Positions 20,255 to 30,249 of a stretch of DNA of 64,000 nucleotides are shown here, piece by piece (position 1 is the stretch's first letter; each line of letters opens with the position of its first letter). The DNA lies in assembly GCA_963762145.1 (NCBI GenBank), contig CAVXJS010000019.1, positions 1 to 64,000 on the forward strand, given 5' to 3'. The notes under the pieces are model-generated. The model did no database searches. It had not been told where the DNA came from and saw only the letters and a list, made by a program, of their open reading frames with translations. The DNA is from an uncultured Candidatus Rokubacteria bacterium (GTDB lineage Bacteria > Methylomirabilota > Methylomirabilia > Rokubacteriales > CSP1-6). The translations under genes were made by a program, and so were the position numbers.

Positions 20255-21232
20255 TCACTCGATCACCTGATCCGCCCGCTGCAGGAGCGACGGCGGGATC
20301 GTCAGGCCGAGGGCCTTGGCGGTCTTGAGGTTGATGACCAGCTCGAACTTCGTCGGGCGCTCGACCGGCAGGTCTCCCGGCTGGGCGCCCTTGAAGATCC
20401 TCTCCGCGAAGCTCGCCGCGCGACGATAGTGGTCAGGATAGTTCACTCCGTAGATGATCAGTCCCCCGGCAAACTCGGCGGACGCATATACCGCCGGCAA
20501 CCGATGCCTTGCTGCAAGGTCAACGATGAGACGCTGGTTGGCCTGGGTGAGAGTGTCGAGCCCCACGACGGCCGCGTCGGCGCGCTGCCTCATCGCGCCA
20601 TCGAAGGCTGGCCCCAGGTCGTCCGGCTTTCGCACGTCGACAAGCTGCGCCTGGATACCGAGGGATTGCGCCGCCCTCTCGATTTCCTTCCATGCCGCCG
20701 GGATGGACGGGTTACTCATGTTCAAGATGGCCGCGATCCGAGATACTCTCGGAGCCAGCTCGCGGAGCAGCTCGACCCGTTTCGAATAGATTTCCGTGAC
20801 AATGGCGCTCACGCCCGTGATATTCCCACCCGGGCGGGCGAGGCTGGCGACGACGCCCTGCCCTACTGGATCGGCAAGCCCCGTGATGATCACCGGAATC
20901 GCTTGCGTAGCGTTCTTCGCCGCCAGGGCGGCTGGCGTTCCCCTCGTCACGATCAGGTCGACCTTCAGTCGAACCAGCTCAGTCGCTAGGTCAGGGAATC
21001 GGTCGTCTCGGCCCTCGGCCGAGCGGTACTCGATGACGAGGTTCTTCCCCTCGACGTACCCAGCATCCCGCAGGCCTCGCCGGAAGGCATCGAGGTTGGC
21101 CGCATTGATGGCCTGGGAGGTTCTCTCGAGCATACCGATCCGGTAGACCTTCGCCGCCGGCTGCGCGTCGACGGCGAGCGGCGCGGCGAGGAGACCGCCG
21201 GCGACTGTTCCTAGGAAGGTGCGCCGATCCAT
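20255..21232 (-). CDS. ABC_sub_bind-type substrate-binding protein
   Basis: MDRRTFL signal; LARPGGNITG; conserved C-term RADQVIE. Confidence 0.92.
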   Translation of the reverse strand: MDRRTFLGTVAGGLLAAPLAVDAQPAAKVYRIGMLERTSQAINAANLDAFRRGLRDAGYVEGKNLVIEYRSAEGRDDRFPDLATELVRLKVDLIVTRGTPAALAAKNATQAIPVIITGLADPVGQGVVASLARPGGNITGVSAIVTEIYSKRVELLRELAPRVSRIAAILNMSNPSIPAAWKEIERAAQSLGIQAQLVDVRKPDDLGPAFDGAMRQRADAAVVGLDTLTQANQRLIVDLAARHRLPAVYASAEFAGGLIIYGVNYPDHYRRAASFAERIFKGAQPGDLPVERPTKFELVINLKTAKALGLTIPPSLLQRADQVIE

Positions 21233-22215
21233 CACTCGATCACCTGATCCGCCCGCTGCAGGAGCGACGGCGGGATCGTAAGCCCAAGAGCCCGCGCGGT
21301 GCGCAAGCTGATGACCAGCTCGAACTTCGTGGGTTGCTCGACCGGCAGGTCGGCAGGCTTGGCGCCCTTGAGGATCTTGTCGACGAACGTCGCGGCCTGC
21401 CGGTACTGTTCCTCGGTACTGGTGCCGTATGCCATCAGGCCGTCGCCGCTGCGCACGAGCCGCGGGACCGGGAATATGGTCGGCAGATGGTTCTGCTCTG
21501 CAAACGTCATGATCCGCCCCATGTGCATGATCGTGGCGTGGGTCGGCCACACGGTGAGGCCATTCGCTCGGGCCCGCGTGATCTGCGCCAGGGCCGTGGC
21601 GACATCATTCGGCCTTCGCAGCTCGACGGAATGGAGCGCGATCCCCAGTGCCCGGGCCGCGACTTCTGAATGCTGGTAGAAGGCCCTGAAGCCCGGAAAG
21701 GCAGGGTCCCAGCCGACCGCCAACCGGGAGAGCTGGGGAACCGCCTCCTTGAGCAAGGCCACGAGCTTGCCGCCAAACTCCGGTGGCTGAATGGTCCTCC
21801 CGGTCACGTTCCCGCCTGGGCGCGCGAGGCTCGCCACGAGGCCGTTGGCGACTGGATCTGCAGAGGCCATCATGACCACGGGAATGGACCTGGTCGCCTG
21901 CTTGGCCGCGAGGACCTCCGCCATGAACGCGGTCAGGATGACCGCAACGTTGAGCCGAGCGAGATCGGCGGCCAGACCCGGCAGGCGTTCGGTATCTCCA
22001 TCGGCAATGCGCCATTCGATCGTGAGGTTCTGTCCCTCGACATAGCCCAGGTGAGCGAGCTGCTCGACCAGGAAGCGCGGCGCGGCTGCGGTTTCTCGCG
22101 AGTCGGCGTTGAGAACACCGATGCGGTACATGCGCGTCGGCTGCTGCGCCAGGGCGGCGAGCGGCACGGCGAGGAGGCCACCAGTCAAGGTGCTGAGTAA
22201 GGTGCGCCGATCCAT
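21232..22215 (-). CDS. ABC_sub_bind-type substrate-binding protein
   Basis: Same motifs; intact ORF. Confidence 0.92.
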   Translation of the reverse strand: MDRRTLLSTLTGGLLAVPLAALAQQPTRMYRIGVLNADSRETAAAPRFLVEQLAHLGYVEGQNLTIEWRIADGDTERLPGLAADLARLNVAVILTAFMAEVLAAKQATRSIPVVMMASADPVANGLVASLARPGGNVTGRTIQPPEFGGKLVALLKEAVPQLSRLAVGWDPAFPGFRAFYQHSEVAARALGIALHSVELRRPNDVATALAQITRARANGLTVWPTHATIMHMGRIMTFAEQNHLPTIFPVPRLVRSGDGLMAYGTSTEEQYRQAATFVDKILKGAKPADLPVEQPTKFELVISLRTARALGLTIPPSLLQRADQVIE

Positions 22216-23180
22216 CACTCGATCACCTGATCCGCCCGCTGCAGGAGCGAGGGCGGGACGGTCAGGCCGAGGGCCTTCGCGGTCTTGAGGTTGATGACGA
22301 GCTCGAATCTGGTGGGTTGCTCGACAGGGAGATCGCCCGGTCTGGCGCCCTTCAAGACCTTGTCCACGTAGATGGCGGCGCGCCGAAACAACGCCGGGAT
22401 GTAGGTGCCGTACGACATGAGGCCACCGGCTTCCACGATGATCCCGTTCGACCAGATCGCCGGAAGCCGGTTCCGGGCCGCCAGCTCGACGAACTGCGTC
22501 CGGTACGTCGTGAACAGGGGCGTGTCGATGTTGAGCAGGGCGCCCGCGCCACTTACGGCCTTGAAGGCGGCTTCGAAGTCTTCCGGAGCCCTCACCGCGG
22601 TCGGCTTGAGCTGTAGCCCCAGGGCCCGTGCGGCTTCCTCCATCTCTTTCCGCTGCACTGGATCGGTTGGATGCGCGGGATGCACGAGTACAGCGACCTG
22701 CTTGAGGCGCGGAACAAGCTCTCGGAGGAGCTCCAGCCGCTTGGTGACCGTCGTGCCGGCGTTGACCGTCACGCCGGTGATGTTGCCGCCGGGGCGTGCC
22801 AGGCTCTTGATGAGCCCGATCTCCACCGGATGGCTCAGGGTCGTGAAGACGATGGGGATGGACGTCGTCGCGTTTTTGGCGGCCATTCCCGCGGACGAGG
22901 CCGAAGCCACGATGACATCGACCCTCGACCGGACCAGGTCTTCGGCGAGCTGCGGCAGCTGGTCGAGCGGTCCGATCCGGAATTCGATGACCAGGTTCTG
23001 GCCCTCGACGTATCCCAGCTCGCGGAGACCTTCCCGGAACTCGTCGATCCAGAATTTCGGCGGCTCGCCAGCCCGGAGAAGTCCGATCCGGTAGACCTTC
23101 CCCACCGGCTGCCCGTCGGCGGCGAGCGGCGCGGCGAGGAGGCTGCCACTCAGGGCGCTCAGAAATGCTCGACGCGTCAT
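22215..23180 (-). CDS. ABC_sub_bind-type substrate-binding protein
   Basis: Same motifs; MTRRAFL start. Confidence 0.92.
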   Translation of the reverse strand: MTRRAFLSALSGSLLAAPLAADGQPVGKVYRIGLLRAGEPPKFWIDEFREGLRELGYVEGQNLVIEFRIGPLDQLPQLAEDLVRSRVDVIVASASSAGMAAKNATTSIPIVFTTLSHPVEIGLIKSLARPGGNITGVTVNAGTTVTKRLELLRELVPRLKQVAVLVHPAHPTDPVQRKEMEEAARALGLQLKPTAVRAPEDFEAAFKAVSGAGALLNIDTPLFTTYRTQFVELAARNRLPAIWSNGIIVEAGGLMSYGTYIPALFRRAAIYVDKVLKGARPGDLPVEQPTRFELVINLKTAKALGLTVPPSLLQRADQVIE

Positions 23181-23221
23181 AGATGACTCGCGTCTCGGCT
23201 GGGAGGATCTCGGCATGCAGA

Positions 23222-23659
23222 TCAATAGGCGAGCGTGCTGGTGAGGCGCAGGGCCTGCTCTAGGTTGTTGCGCACCTTATCCTGATCCTTGGGTTGGTCC
23301 TGCCGGTTGCTGTGGAGCACATCGCGGGCCACCTGCAGGAGCGCGAGCGCCTGCTCCGCTCTCTTTTTCTGCATCTCGAAGAGCGGGTCCTGGAACTTTG
23401 CGTTCGAGGCCTTGATGATCATGGTGGATAGGGCGGCGTCGAGCTCGGCGTAGGCGTTGTTGATCAGGCCCTCGGCCCTCTGGCGGTCGGTCAGGTTCTG
23501 CAGGGCCTGCCGCTGCAGTTCGGCGCTCTTCTGAATCTGTGCCTGGACGGGTACCGGGGTGCGCGGTGGCTGGGTAGACTGGGCGGCCGCGGAAGACAGG
23601 GTCATGAAGACCGCGACCGTGGTCAGGGCGAAAGCGATGGGATGACGGAACCGGGTCAC
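23222..23659 (-). CDS. Secreted alpha-helical hypothetical protein
   Basis: Signal peptide ending AAAQ; Q/A/L-rich helices. Confidence 0.7.
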   Translation of the reverse strand: MTRFRHPIAFALTTVAVFMTLSSAAAQSTQPPRTPVPVQAQIQKSAELQRQALQNLTDRQRAEGLINNAYAELDAALSTMIIKASNAKFQDPLFEMQKKRAEQALALLQVARDVLHSNRQDQPKDQDKVRNNLEQALRLTSTLAY

Positions 23660-23882
23660 CGCAGCACCTCACTTTCTGCTGAAAGGCGAGACTCAGGGGG
23701 CACTTTTCAGGACCTGGCGGAGCGGCCGCTCTTGCACACCGGACAGGGCGAGCGTAGCAGAGATGGCAGGGTCACCGTACGTACGCCTTCTGGGCGGGTT
23801 GGCCCCTGTCCGCTCGCCGTCTCGGAGGAGGTAGTCTACTTCGTCGGACGGAAGGACCGACCCTGGTCGACCGGGTAGGACC

Positions 23883-24350
23883 ATGGTCCCATGGACTCGG
23901 GACGCCGAGATGGAGGCGGCGATGACGCGGACGCGCACCCCGCGAACAGGACGACGACCAATGCCACTCGGAGATTCATCGCTCACCTCTCGCGTCAGGC
24001 CCGCACCTCGCTCGAGATCCGGCAAGGAGCCAGCCTCGTCGACGCCGATCACGGGCATCAGCGAGATCGAGGGCAGATGGCAGGGAACCATCACGCTCGG
24101 GTTCAATGGGCCGGAAGAGCTGTACTGGATCACGATTCACCCTGACGGGAGCTATGTCGCCCAGTGGGGCGCGAACTGGCAGTGGGGGAAGGTGATGGTG
24201 AGCGGCGGGGCCGCGACCTTCGACGTGACGGCTCCCGGCGCCGCGAGCGGCACGGTCAAGTACTACGCGGGACCCGGCAAGCGCACGCTCATGTTCAATT
24301 CCACGTTCGGCAACTGGTCGACATACGTCACTTCCGCGGGCCGGCTGTGA
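23883..24350 (+). CDS. Small beta protein of the GxWxG/PDGSY family (N-terminus uncertain)
   Basis: ISEIEGRWQG..ITIHPDGSY. Confidence 0.65.
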   Translation: MVPWTRDAEMEAAMTRTRTPRTGRRPMPLGDSSLTSRVRPAPRSRSGKEPASSTPITGISEIEGRWQGTITLGFNGPEELYWITIHPDGSYVAQWGANWQWGKVMVSGGAATFDVTAPGAASGTVKYYAGPGKRTLMFNSTFGNWSTYVTSAGRL

Positions 24351-24472
24351 TAGGAGACGTTCTCGCTACAAGGACCGTGAGGTCCGGCGACCGCAACGAC
24401 GATCGGTAGAGCCCGTGCGCGGCGGGGAAGACTCCGGCCCGCGCACGAGCGCAGGTCTGTATCCTCCGATCC

Positions 24473-25704
24473 ATGGATTCCCTCGTCGCCTCGGCCGCGC
24501 ACGCGCTGGCAGCCGGTGATCCTCTCGGTGCCCTCAAGCGCGTCGCGCTGCGCGACGACCCGCCGGCGCTCGCCCTGCGCGGCATCGCGATGGCCCAGCT
24601 CGGCGACTACGAGCCGGGCGCGCAAGCTCCTGCGGCGCGCCGCGCGCGGCTTCGGCGCCCGCGAGCGCCTCGCCCAGGCGCGCTGCCAGGTCGCCGAGGC
24701 CGAGGTCGCGCTCGCCGCGCGCGACCTGAGCCGGCCGGTGCGCGCGCTCGAAGCGGCCGCGCGCGCCGCTCGATGCGCTGGGCGATCACGCGAACGCGCT
24801 GTACGCCCGCCTCGTCGGCGCCCGCCGCCATCTCCTCGTCGGCGAGCTGGAGGCCGCCGAGCGAGACGCTGGCCGCGGTCGATGTGGCCGCTGGCGGCGT
24901 GCCGCCGCCGCTCGCGGCCCGCGCCGAGCTCACCCGCGCCGAGCTCGCGCTCCGCCGCGTCCGGGTCGCGGACGCCGCCGCCGCGCTCGGCCGCGCCCAC
25001 GCTGCCGCCGTCGCCGCCGGCATCCCGGCCTTGATCGCCGAGGTCGGCCGGGCCCGGCGTGCGCTGTCGGCGCCGTCGGCGCGCCTGATCCGCGGCGGGG
25101 TGGTTCGCCCGGTCCGCCTCGACGAGGTCGAGGCCCTGTTCGCGTCCGGCGACCTCATCGTCGACGCCTGCCGGCGCGCGGTTCGCGGCCCCGCTCGCTG
25201 CGTCCCGCTCGCCGGACGCCCCGTCCTGTTCGCGCTCGTCGGCGCGCTCGCCGAGGCCTGGCCGGCCGACGTGCCGCGCGATCGACTCATCGAGCGCGCC
25301 TTCGAGGCGCGCGCCGTCAACGAGTCGCACCGCGCCCGGCTGCGCGTCGAGCTCGGCCGCCTGCGCGCCGCCCTGCGCCCGCTCGCCCGCATCGAGGCGA
25401 CCCCGCGCGGCTTCGCGCTCGTCCCCGGTCGGCGGCCGCGGCCGTCGTCGTGCTGGCTCCGCCGATCGACGGTCCCGCCGGCGCTATCCTCGCCCTGCTG
25501 GAGGGCGGCGAGTCGTGGTCGACCTCGGCGCTCGCGCGTGCGCTCGGCTCGAGCCAGCGAACCGTCCAGCGCGCGCTGCGCCAGCTCGAGGAGGCGGCGG
25601 CGGTGCGCGCCGTCGGCCGCGGCCGATCCCGCCGCTGGCTCGCGCCGGCGCTCGGCGGATTCGCGACAACCTTGTTACTCCCGGGCGCGCTGCCGGTTGG
25701 GTAG
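24473..25704 (+). CDS. TPR-like / winged-helix / HTH transcriptional regulator (frameshifted)
   Basis: ALAAGDPLGALKRVALRDDP; RARLRVELGRLR; C-term HTH WSTSALARALGSSQRTVQRAL. Confidence 0.75.
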
Positions 25705-25713
25705 TCTGGGGTC

Positions 25714-26365
25714 ATGGCAACGACGCGAAAGCAAGACCAAGCAGGCGGAGATCCTCCGCGAGTACGGCCCCTATCCGGGGATGGACCAGGTCCACGGCGT
25801 GACGTTCGACGGTGCGCACGTCTGGTTCGCCCGCGGCGAGAGCATCGTCGCGCTCGATCCGGACGAGCGGCGAGCTGGTCCGCGAGCTCGCCGTCGCCGC
25901 GCGACGCCGGCACCGCCTTCGACGGCGAATACCTCTGGCAGCTCGCCGGCGACCGGATCCAGAAGATCGACCCGCGCTCGGGCCAGGTCGTCGCCACCAT
26001 CCCGGCGCCGGCCCACGGGCCGCGACTCGGGCCTGACCTGGGCCGAGGGGACGCTCTGGGTCGGCGAGTACCGCGCCCGCAAGATCCACCAGATCGACGC
26101 CGAGACCGGCGCCATCCTGCGCACGATCGAATCGGATCGTTTCGTGACCGGCGTCTCCTGGGTCAACGGCGAGCTCTGGCACGCCACCATGGAGGACGAG
26201 CGCAGCGAGCTTCGCCGCGTCGATCCGGAGACGGGCGAAGGTCCTCGAGCGCCTCGAGATGCCGGCCGGCGTCACCGTGTCAGCGGCCTCGAGGCCGACG
26301 GCGCCGGTGTCTTCTACTGCGGCGGCGGCACCAGCGGCAAGGTGCGCGCCGTGCGCAAGCCCTGA
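25714..26365 (+). CDS. Glutamine cyclotransferase-like beta-propeller (frameshifted)
   Basis: Blade repeats HGVTFDG..W, GTAFDG..LW, SGLTWAEG.LW, TGVSWVNG.LW, SGLEADG. Confidence 0.75.
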
Positions 26366-26386
26366 CGCGGGAGAAAGGAGGTCGCG

Positions 26387-26539
26387 ATGTGTCCAGTGTG
26401 CCTGGCCACGGTGGGGCTCTACGTCGCCGGCGGAGTGTCGGCCGGCGGGATCACGACCTATCTGGCCGCCAGATTGCTGCGCGGACGACGCGCTCAACAC
26501 GAATCGGTGACGACAACCGAGAGGAGGGACGAGCGATGA
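26387..26539 (+). CDS. 50-aa CxxC membrane microprotein (not in ORF track)
   Basis: AAGGAGG RBS; MCPVCLATVGLYVAGGVSAGGITTYLAARLL...; stop overlaps next ATG. Confidence 0.7.
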   Translation: MCPVCLATVGLYVAGGVSAGGITTYLAARLLRGRRAQHESVTTTERRDER

Positions 26540-27325
26540 CGAAGCACGTGACCGGGACACGTAAGGAGTGGCTCGCCGCGCGGCTCGAGCTGCTCCAGGC
26601 GGAGAAGGAGCTCACGCGGCGCAGCGACGAGGTGGCGCGGCGACGGCAGGAACTGCCATGGGTCCGGATCGACAAGGAGTATGGATTCGAGACCGACGAG
26701 GGGAGCGCCTCGCTGGCGGACCTCTTCCGGGGGCGCTCGCAGCTCCTCGTGTACCACTTCATGTTCGGGCCCGATTACAAGGCGGGCTGTCCGTCCTGCT
26801 CGGCGATCGCGGACGGGTTCAACGGGTTCGCCGTGCACCTGGCCAACCACGACGTCATGCTCTGGGCGGTGTCGCGGGCATCGCTCGCGAAGCTGCAGGC
26901 GTACAAGCGGCGGATGGGGTGGACGTTCCCGTGGGCATCCTCGTCCAGCAGCGACTTCAACCTCGACTTCACCGTCTCGTTCACCGAGGAGCAACAGCGC
27001 GAAGGGGCATCGAATACAACTACCGGCGCGAGCCGGCGTTGCAGCCGCGCCGCGCTGAGGGAGCCGAGATTCCCTCGCGCTCGACACCCGACGGGCCGAC
27101 CAGTTCGCGGCCATGTCCGGAACCGACGTGGCCACGTACACGCGCGAGAGGCCGGGCATGAGCGCATTCATGCTCGAGGACGGCGTCGTCTATCACACCT
27201 ATTCCACCTATGCGCGCGGAGTGGACGGCCTCTGGGGCATGTACCAGTGGCTCGACCGCGCTCCCAAGGGCCGCAACGAGACGGCCGTCTGGTGGCGGCG
27301 CCACGACGAGTACGCCAAGGGCTGA
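26536..27325 (+). CDS. DUF899 thioredoxin-like protein (frameshifted ~27000-27110)
   Basis: EKELTR, LPWV, YHFMFGP..GCPSCS, YHTYSTYARG, WWRRHDEY. Confidence 0.85.
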
Positions 27326-27355
27326 GCGGGGTCGGGGATCTGAGGGCGCCTGCGC

Positions 27356-28543
27356 CTAGGCCTCGGCGGCGCGGCGGCCGCTCGGCGCGAGGAGCAGGCG
27401 CCCCCCGACGACGAGGGCCAGGCCGCCCACCGCGGTGACGAAGATCCGTGCGTTCTCCTCGCCCAGGAGGCCGCTCGCGAACGGGCCGAAGAACATCGCG
27501 GCGTCGACGCCGACGCGGTACAGGCCCATCCGCCACGCCAGGTGCTCGGCGCGCGTGTGCTCGCGGATCACGCCGACCGGGAGCATCCAGCCCGCGAGGC
27601 CGAACCCGAAGCAGGCGCAGCCCGCCACGAACCAGGGGAACGACCCCAGCCCGATCGCCGCCGTGCCCAGACCGAGCACGACGATGACGAATCCGAGGAC
27701 GGGCGTCCGCCCCAGGCCGTCGGCGAGCCGCCCCACGGGCAGCAGGGCGACGATATCCACGACCTGGGCGAGCATGAGCAGGCCGGAGACGCCGCCCCGA
27801 TCCAGGCCGAACTCGCGCGTCCCCCTTAGCGGCAGGAGGAACTGACTGACGGCGGACCACGACAGGGCGAGGACGATACCCACCGTGAACATCGCCCACA
27901 GCGTGCCCGACATCCGATCCTCGCGGCCTGGATCCGCAGTCGGCGACACGTGCGTCTTCGGCGTTCTCGAGGCATCGGGGAAGCGCCGGCGGATGCTGGG
28001 GGCCGCGGCGAGGATCAGGAGCAGGGGGGACGAGGTGATGAGCAGCGAAAGACTCCAGCCCCAGTGGCCGGGCAGCAGCCCGACGAGCCCGAGCCCGCCC
28101 AGGACACCGATCATCGCGGAGAACTCGAAGATGTTCAGGCGCATGGAAGCCCCGGGTCCCCGGTCGTCGAGCAGCACCGCGATGAGCCCACTCACGGTGA
28201 AGAGGGTGTAGGCGGAGCCCAGGACCAGCCGTCCGAGCACCAGCACCCAGAACGACGGGGACGCCGCGAGCAAGACGGTGCCGGCGAGCATGAGCGCGGG
28301 CCCCGCGCAGAGGGTGGTGCCGAGGTAGCGGCCGGCCAGCCAGCCGGCGGGGATTGCGGTGGCCATGCGGGCGAAGCCCAGCGCTCCGGCGACGACGCCG
28401 AGCTGCCAGTCGGCCAGCGCGCCGGCGCGGCCGATCTCGGGCAGCAGTGGGCTGAAGGCGCCCATGGAGAAGCAGCTACAGAAGCTGATGAAGCAGAGCA
28501 GCGTCGTGCTGCTCAAGGCGAGAGCGGCCTGCTCATTCGCCAC
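27356..28543 (-). CDS. MFS transporter
   Basis: About 12 TM segments; motif A GRLADGLGR. Confidence 0.85.
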   Translation of the reverse strand: MANEQAALALSSTTLLCFISFCSCFSMGAFSPLLPEIGRAGALADWQLGVVAGALGFARMATAIPAGWLAGRYLGTTLCAGPALMLAGTVLLAASPSFWVLVLGRLVLGSAYTLFTVSGLIAVLLDDRGPGASMRLNIFEFSAMIGVLGGLGLVGLLPGHWGWSLSLLITSSPLLLILAAAPSIRRRFPDASRTPKTHVSPTADPGREDRMSGTLWAMFTVGIVLALSWSAVSQFLLPLRGTREFGLDRGGVSGLLMLAQVVDIVALLPVGRLADGLGRTPVLGFVIVVLGLGTAAIGLGSFPWFVAGCACFGFGLAGWMLPVGVIREHTRAEHLAWRMGLYRVGVDAAMFFGPFASGLLGEENARIFVTAVGGLALVVGGRLLLAPSGRRAAEA

Positions 28544-28658
28544 CGATCGTGCACCGGCGGCTGCCGGGCAGTCAAGACGTGTCCCGCGGACGCGCCTGGG
28601 GTCCCCGCGGCTTGACAACTCCGGCGGGCCCACCCAGTATCGCCGTGCACACGCCCCC

Positions 28659-29666
28659 ATGACCTCGCCATCACCGCGTTCCCGCGCCACCGACACCGCC
28701 GAGATCGGGCGCACCGGCCTGCGCGTCTCGCGGCTGGGGCTTGGCGGGGTGGCGCTCTCCGGGGCGCCGCCCGCCACTGACCCGGAGCGCCCCACGCCGG
28801 AGGACGAGGGCGTGGCGCTCATCCGCCGGAGCCTCGCGCTCGGGCTCAGCTATCTCGACACCGCTCCGATGTACGGGGTCGGGCAGAGCGAGGCGCGCTA
28901 CGGCCGGGCGCTGCGCGGGGTGCCGCGGGAAAGCTTCGTGCTGTCGACCAAGGTCGGGCGCGTGCTGCGGCCCGGCGCGCCCGGCGCGCAGCCAACGTGG
29001 GCGTTCGACTTCAGCGCGGCCGGCGCGCGCGCCTCGTTCGAGGCGTCGCTGGAGCGCCTGGGGCTCGAGCGGGTGGACATCCTCTTCGTGCACGATCCGG
29101 ACGACCACCACGCGCAGGCCGTGGCGGAGGCGTTCCCCGTGCTGATGGAGCTGCGCGCGGAGGGGCGGGTGAAAGCCATCGGCGCCGGGATGAACCAGTG
29201 GCAGATGGAGCTGGACTTCGCGCGGCGCGGCTTCTGTGACTGCTTCCTGCTCGCGGGGCGTTACACGCTGCTCGACCAGAGCGCGCTCCCGGAGTTCTTG
29301 CCCTACTGCCTGGAGCGCGGGATCTCGGTCGTCGCGGGCGGTCCCTACAACAGTGGGATTCTCGCGGTGGGGCCGCGCGAGGGCGCGACGTACAACTACC
29401 GGCCGGCCGACGCGGAGATGATGGACAAGGCCCGGCGCATCGCCGCGGTGTGCGCGCGCCACGGAGTGGACCTGCGCGCGGCCGCGCTCCAGTTCGTGCT
29501 CGCCCATCCGGCCATCGTCTCGGTGATCCCCGGCGCCCGCTCGATTGGCGAGGTCGAGGAGAACGTGGCCCTGATCGAGCGACCCATCCCGGCCGGGTTG
29601 TGGGCAGACCTCAAGGACGCCGGGCTCCTCGATCCCGCCGCGCCCACGCCCGGCTCCGCCCTCTAG
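28659..29666 (+). CDS. Aldo/keto reductase
   Basis: LDTAPMYG, LSTKVGR, SLERLG..VDILFVHDPD, VIPG. Confidence 0.92.
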   Translation: MTSPSPRSRATDTAEIGRTGLRVSRLGLGGVALSGAPPATDPERPTPEDEGVALIRRSLALGLSYLDTAPMYGVGQSEARYGRALRGVPRESFVLSTKVGRVLRPGAPGAQPTWAFDFSAAGARASFEASLERLGLERVDILFVHDPDDHHAQAVAEAFPVLMELRAEGRVKAIGAGMNQWQMELDFARRGFCDCFLLAGRYTLLDQSALPEFLPYCLERGISVVAGGPYNSGILAVGPREGATYNYRPADAEMMDKARRIAAVCARHGVDLRAAALQFVLAHPAIVSVIPGARSIGEVEENVALIERPIPAGLWADLKDAGLLDPAAPTPGSAL

Positions 29667-29816
29667 CCCTCTGTCGGACCTGGCGGGAAGAAAGAACGCC
29701 CCGTTCCGGTAAGAGCTACCCGGTCGTCGGGCCTTCGGTCACGCACTTCGCCTTCGTGCACGCCGTTTTCTGGCTCTCCAGTGACGGCACATGGATTGCT
29801 CAGAGGAGGCCCGACG

Positions 29817-30221
29817 ATGAGGATTCGACAGCTGGCGTTCGGCTTGATCGCAATGACGGTGGCCGCGTGTGCCCCCACGGTGCCGCCCAACCGCGTGGCG
29901 GTGAGCGACTTCCGGAACCTGGCCGGGACCTACTCCGGCACCATGAACGAGGCGAGCGAGCTCAACCGCTCGGTCCGGCTCGTGCTGCATCCCAATGGAT
30001 CCTTCGAGCTCGTCGTGGGCGACCCCAAGGGATTCCGGACGACCGGGCAGATGGCGCTGGTCTCGGACGGCTCCCTCACGTACCAGTACAACGAGATGAT
30101 GGGCCAGGGGCGGGTCGCCACGGGGCAGGGGTGGGTCCACGAGGGTGACGGACGGCGTGCGCTCGTCCTGACGCAGAGCGACGGGTCGACGAAGACGACG
30201 GTGTCCAAGCCGCTACCCTGA
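29817..30221 (+). CDS. Lipoprotein of the same small beta family
   Basis: GAGGAGG RBS; VAAC lipobox; DFRNLAGTYSG..VLHPNGSF. Confidence 0.8.
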   Translation: MRIRQLAFGLIAMTVAACAPTVPPNRVAVSDFRNLAGTYSGTMNEASELNRSVRLVLHPNGSFELVVGDPKGFRTTGQMALVSDGSLTYQYNEMMGQGRVATGQGWVHEGDGRRALVLTQSDGSTKTTVSKPLP

Positions 30222-30249
30222 CGCGGGCTCCCGCCGGCGGCTCCTCCTC

